Assembly (NCBI GenBank): GCA_038889235.1
Contig: JAWAHN010000002.1
Span: forward strand, 164,356-196,355
Direction of reading: 5' to 3'
Source: Candidatus Jordarchaeales archaeon
GTDB lineage: Archaea > Asgardarchaeota > Jordiarchaeia > Jordiarchaeales > Freyrarchaeaceae
DNA length: 32,000 bases
Each line of letters starts with the position of its first letter. Within the stretch, counting starts at the first letter, position 1. The notes below the pieces were generated by a model, which saw only the letters and a program-made list of their open reading frames with translations, searched no databases and was not told the origin of the DNA. A program made the position numbers and the translations under genes. Below are positions 28,571 to 32,000 of this stretch, one piece after another.

Positions 28571-28838
28571 AAAACCCTACAATAGATCGCTTCTACTCAA
28601 TCAAAACACTACCGCATAAAAGAATTTATCCTCCTTTCACACAGCCCTCCCCACGGCATGTCTTTCTCGAAAGATAATCAAGGATATGTTCCTCTCCCCC
28701 CAGCCATTCCTCCAAGTTCTCGGAAACCCGGAGTGCCTTTTTCACATGTTCTCAGCAAACTTACCTCGTCACCCATCACCTTTCAACGCTTCAAAAAGGG
28801 TTAAAAAATACCTCTAACTGTTTCCTCCAAATTATTAG

Positions 28839-29573
28839 GTGGTTTGCTTGGAGATAGTGTTCTTAGGTACCGCTGCAAGCATTCCAACCCCCACGAGAAG
28901 CTTACCATCTATCTTGATAGATGAAGAGATGCTAGTGGACTGCGGAGAAGGAACCGCACAAAAACTCCTCTCAACAAAGCTACTAGACTCCGTTAAGCGC
29001 TTAATAATAACCCACAGCCACCTGGATCACTCAGGCGGGATAGCCACTCTAATTTGGACCATGTGGCTTCATGGGAGGAAAGAACTCCTGCTCATTAGCG
29101 GTCCAAGTTACATTGAAGACCTAGTTTCCTCTCTTTTGAAGAAATTCGGAACCCCACTAGATAAATTGACCTTCAATATCAGCTATCCAGAACGTTTCAC
29201 AGACATACAATTTGCTCCCGTAGACCATCACCCTGAAACATTCGCCTTAAGAGTTGAGAAAAGAAACATCAAGGTGTGTTACTCAAGCGACACAGCCCCT
29301 TGCAGTTCACTAGTTCGCCTAGCTCACCGCTGTGACCTGTTAATCCACGAAGCCTCATTTCTAGACGAGGAAAAACAACTCGCACACGCACTTAAACACA
29401 GTACAGCCGGCGACGCCGGCAGAGTGGCGCAAGAAGCAGAAGCTAAAAGGCTTGTACTTTTCCATTGGCCTTGGAAATTAGAGGGAAGAGAGCACCTTTT
29501 AGTGGAAGAAGCCGAACAGTTTTTCCACGGAGAAGTTATACTTGCACGAGATCTAGAATCTCTCTCATTATAA
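28839..29573 (+). CDS. RNase Z-like metallo-beta-lactamase hydrolase lacking the exosite arm
   Basis: FLGTAASIPTPTR, LVDCGEG, ITHSHLDH, YSSDT, LIHEASF, HST, LFH motifs; only 244 aa. Confidence 0.88.
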   Translation: MVCLEIVFLGTAASIPTPTRSLPSILIDEEMLVDCGEGTAQKLLSTKLLDSVKRLIITHSHLDHSGGIATLIWTMWLHGRKELLLISGPSYIEDLVSSLLKKFGTPLDKLTFNISYPERFTDIQFAPVDHHPETFALRVEKRNIKVCYSSDTAPCSSLVRLAHRCDLLIHEASFLDEEKQLAHALKHSTAGDAGRVAQEAEAKRLVLFHWPWKLEGREHLLVEEAEQFFHGEVILARDLESLSL

Positions 29574-29705
29574 CAATTTCTATGGGTAATTACGACCTAT
29601 AAAAAATTTTAAATATTCCCTCACATCCTTCAGCACTAAGGCACATACTTCCAATCATTCTCTTCACGTACGTATATCAAAATGAAGGGGGGGATCATAA
29701 AATCG

Positions 29706-29720
29706 TTGTAATTTTTACAA
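29706..29720. promoter_or_regulatory. Palindromic candidate Lrp operator TTGTA-ATTTT-TACAA
   Basis: TTGTAA-N3-TTACAA inverted repeat about 150 nt upstream of the Lrp gene; fits the 15-bp TTGYA-W5-TRCAA pattern described for Sulfolobus Ss-LrpB. Confidence 0.55.
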
Positions 29721-29872
29721 TATTACCGACAAGAAATTACTATATTCGCAATAATGGGCGTGATTTTATCAGAAAAAATTAATAAGAAAAAGCTTAAGAT
29801 GATGAATGAAATCGCGCTCATCGTTACTACTACAATTAAAGACAACGCGTATTAAGGAGGAATAATCGAAAT

Positions 29873-30358
29873 TTGAAAAGAAGTAGGGTGAAGTTAGATC
29901 AGCTGGATAAGAAAATACTCGAGGCAATGTGTAAGGATGCGCGCAAACCTCTCAGGAAGGTAGCTGAGGAACTTGGCGTATCTGAACCGACACTGTACAG
30001 TAGAGTTAGAAGTTTACAGCGGAAGGGTATCATCAGGCAGTTTACAGTAAAACTAGACATGGAAATGTTGGGATACGTGACTAACGGCTTTGTTTTAATC
30101 AATGTTGACCCGGCAAAAGAAGAAAAAATCGTGCAGTTTCTAGCTGAAATACCGGAAATCGTGGAAATCCACAGACTCCTAGGCGAAAACGACATCATGG
30201 TGAAAATAGTTTGCAAAGACGTGTCTGAAATGCGCAAGCTTCTGCTCGAAAAAATAAGGGAGCTTGATGGCGTAGAGCTCGTTAAAGGCTTCCTCTGCAT
30301 AAAAACTGATAAAGACTCGTATAACGACTTAATCTCAAAGTTCAAGAAAGAGCAATAA
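29873..30358 (+). CDS. Lrp/AsnC-family transcriptional regulator
   Basis: LDQLDKKILEAMCKDARKPLRKVAEELGVSEPTLYSRVRSLQRKGII HTH plus C-terminal RAM domain (HRLLGENDIMVKIV). Confidence 0.95.
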   Translation: MKRSRVKLDQLDKKILEAMCKDARKPLRKVAEELGVSEPTLYSRVRSLQRKGIIRQFTVKLDMEMLGYVTNGFVLINVDPAKEEKIVQFLAEIPEIVEIHRLLGENDIMVKIVCKDVSEMRKLLLEKIRELDGVELVKGFLCIKTDKDSYNDLISKFKKEQ

Positions 30359-30402
30359 TAAGATTGCTGTAACAATAAAAGGTTTGGAAGGAGGGTCTTC
30401 TT

Positions 30403-30825
30403 ATGTCCTTTTCCAAGGATGAAATGCTGGAAGCCCTAAAGTCTTTTGCCCTTGATTTAATTGTTAAAACGCAAGATTTCCTCAACAAGCTGGGGCAGGC
30501 AAAAAGTTACTCTGAAATGTTAGGGCAAGTTTTAGCGTTGCGCGTCCAAAAAGCCTTCGGAAAAGATAAAGGTCATGCTATACTATACCTAAACCTCCTC
30601 TTAAAAGCATTGGGTATGCCTATCTTCCAGCAAGACGGAAAAAAGTATCTATTCGAATGTTTGAGCGAAGAATGCCCCCTGATGAGAGCCGCTATTGTGA
30701 CGCAGACCACCTTTAACCACGATTTCTGCATGCTATTTTTAACGAGCTACCTCACCAACTCTGGTTTCTCCGTTAAAAGTCGCCCTCCCTCAGACAAGGA
30801 AAAGGGAAGGATTGAAGCAAAGTAG
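30403..30825 (+). CDS. Hypothetical protein, possible V4R/H-NOX-like small-molecule-binding fold
   Basis: Helical N-terminus followed by YLFECLSEECPL...HDFC..F..SYL Cys pattern reminiscent of V4R-type domains; fold call is tentative. Confidence 0.5.
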   Translation: MSFSKDEMLEALKSFALDLIVKTQDFLNKLGQAKSYSEMLGQVLALRVQKAFGKDKGHAILYLNLLLKALGMPIFQQDGKKYLFECLSEECPLMRAAIVTQTTFNHDFCMLFLTSYLTNSGFSVKSRPPSDKEKGRIEAK

Positions 30826-30921
30826 CTTCGAACCCCCCAGCAAATTTTCCCCTTTCTCGTCGTTGGCAATACTTTTAACTAGTCGCCTTCAAGTTTGAGT
30901 GTCTTCTAGTTGGGAGCAGGT

Positions 30922-31729
30922 GATGTCAATGGGAAATGGGCGAGTATTCAATTACCTTTTGAAGGTGCGCTCCGAGGAAGGCGTTGTCCACCTGACCCTA
31001 ATAGACCCCGACCCTCTCAAACAACCTCCAGAAGTAGCTGGAAAAATAGCTAAGTATGCGTGCGATGCGGGTACAGACGCGATAATGGTCGGTGGCTCAA
31101 CGGCCTTCGGTATACTCGACGAGACTATTGAAAAGATAAAAGGGGTAACAGATTTGCCCGTAATCCTCTTTCCGGGAAACGTCTCCGGCATTTCTAAACT
31201 TGCCGACGCGATATTTTTTATGAGTGTTTTAAACTCGAGAAACCCCTACTTCATAACCAAGGCTCAAGCTTTGGGAGCTTTTGCCGTCAAATTATACGGG
31301 TTAGAAGCTATAGGGATGGCTTACTTAATTGTTGAACCGGGAGGAACAGTTGGATACATGAGCGAAGCGAACCTGCTTCCCAGAAACAAGCCCCAGATAG
31401 CTGCGGCGTACGCGCTGGCAGCCCAGTACATGGGCTTCAAACTAGTTTACCTCGAAGCAGGTTCAGGGGCAAGCGAACACGTGCCATGCGAAATGATTTC
31501 ACTGGTATCTAAGACGATAGACATACCTCTCATTGTGGGCGGGGGTATTAGGACGGAAGATGAAGCCGCGAGAGTAGTTGAGGCGGGGGCAGACATGATA
31601 GTGCAAGGAACAATCGCTGAAGAAACTGCCTTGAAGGATAAGGGTGTCACTCTTAAGAAAGCTATAGAGTCTGCGAAGAAAGCTGGAGCAAAAAGGCTTG
31701 CGAACAACGACAAAAGGTTTTCTACATAA
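30922..31729 (+). CDS. Geranylgeranylglyceryl phosphate (GGGP) synthase, archaeal group II type
   Basis: HLTLIDPD, DAIMVGGS, PVILFPGN, FMSVLNSRNP, YLIVEPG, VYLEAGSGA, VGGGIR; start probably ATG 30922 or 30928. Confidence 0.95.
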
Positions 31730-31753
31730 AAAGGTTCTTTAGTGAGTGCGCAT

Positions 31754-31770
31754 AAGGTTTTTTAAACCTT
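31754..31770. promoter_or_regulatory. Palindrome AAGGTTT-TTT-AAACCTT abutting a TATA-like box upstream of chorismate mutase
   Basis: 7-bp perfect arms with a 3-nt spacer, directly followed by TTATAATT (31771-31778). Confidence 0.4.
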
Positions 31771-31814
31771 TTATAATTTAATCGAAGCTTCCAAGAAAAA
31801 GGGGAGCAGGAGAA

Positions 31815-32000
31815 TTGTCTGACGAAAAATTGCTTAGAGAACTGAGAAGTAAGGTTGACGCCATCGATGAGAAGCTTATCGAGCTACTCGCAGAGCGAAT
31901 GAACCTCATAAAAGAAATAGCGCACGTAAAGTCCCGTCTCAAACTCAGCATAAGAGATGTGCAAAGAGAAGCCGAAATAATGTCTCATATCGAAAAACTA
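31815..32000 (+). CDS. AroQ-type chorismate mutase domain, truncated by the window edge
   Basis: Not in the ORF track. TTG 31815 after GCAGGAG gives MSDEKLLRELRSKVDAIDEKLIELLAERMNLIKEIAHVKSRLKLSIRDVQREAEIMSHIEKL, the LR..ID.ID..L..LL.ER...K....RD..RE signature. Confidence 0.9.
   Translation, partial: MSDEKLLRELRSKVDAIDEKLIELLAERMNLIKEIAHVKSRLKLSIRDVQREAEIMSHIEKL

Noticed and set aside
28613-28776. Small minus-strand ORFs (33-39 aa) between the ATP-grasp and RNase Z-like genes
   Set aside because: Short, in different frames, no recognisable domain; no evidence for a gene or programmed frameshift.
29754-29855. Short upstream ORF (33 aa from ATG 29754, or 18 aa from ATG 29799) containing IVTTTI and ending immediately before the lrp SD, resembling a Thr/Ile/Val attenuator leader
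   Set aside because: No terminator/antiterminator hairpins follow, there is no SD for it, and its ATGs fall in the likely promoter; most likely chance.
1-32000. tRNA, rRNA, CRISPR arrays, transposases, integrases, selenocysteine or frameshift recoding
   Set aside because: No T-loop/cloverleaf, repeat-spacer periodicity, mobile-element motifs or interrupted reading frames were seen by eye; a tRNAscan-SE/Infernal run would be needed to exclude small or intron-containing RNAs.

Overview
Gene-dense archaeal chromosomal window with about 33 CDS and no recognisable rRNA, tRNA, CRISPR array or mobile element. A Rab-like small GTPase together with archaeal-type CoA and lipid genes points to an Asgard archaeon, probably thermophilic (inference). 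Contents in order: (i) a tight minus-strand operon, FGGY kinase - GlpA - GlpB - GlpC - alkyl-DHAP-synthase-like FAD oxidoreductase (the last gene runs off the left edge and is missing from the ORF track); (ii) an M42 peptidase and the Rab-like GTPase; (iii) an archaeal CoA cluster (MfnA/ADC, PanE, PPS, PoK, CoaBC) interrupted by a divergent TFB paralogue; (iv) an accessory stretch of small and unknown genes (LplA C-terminal domain, M23-like protein, SAM methyltransferase, stand-alone Lrp ligand-binding domain, polytopic membrane protein, helical proteins); (v) pyrF, an orphan hydrogenase maturation protease, pdxT/pdxS, a FadH-like reductase, ino1, an ATP-grasp protein, an exosite-less RNase Z-like hydrolase, Lrp, a V4R-like protein, GGGP synthase and a partial chorismate mutase. 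The best candidate for an undescribed system is the glp-like operon: both the kinase and GlpA carry substitutions at canonical glycerol/G3P-binding motifs and are coupled to an alkyl-DHAP synthase homologue, suggesting a pathway for a substituted glycerol such as an alkylglycerol ether. All family assignments are by eye from motif recognition and remembered reference sequences; no searches were run.
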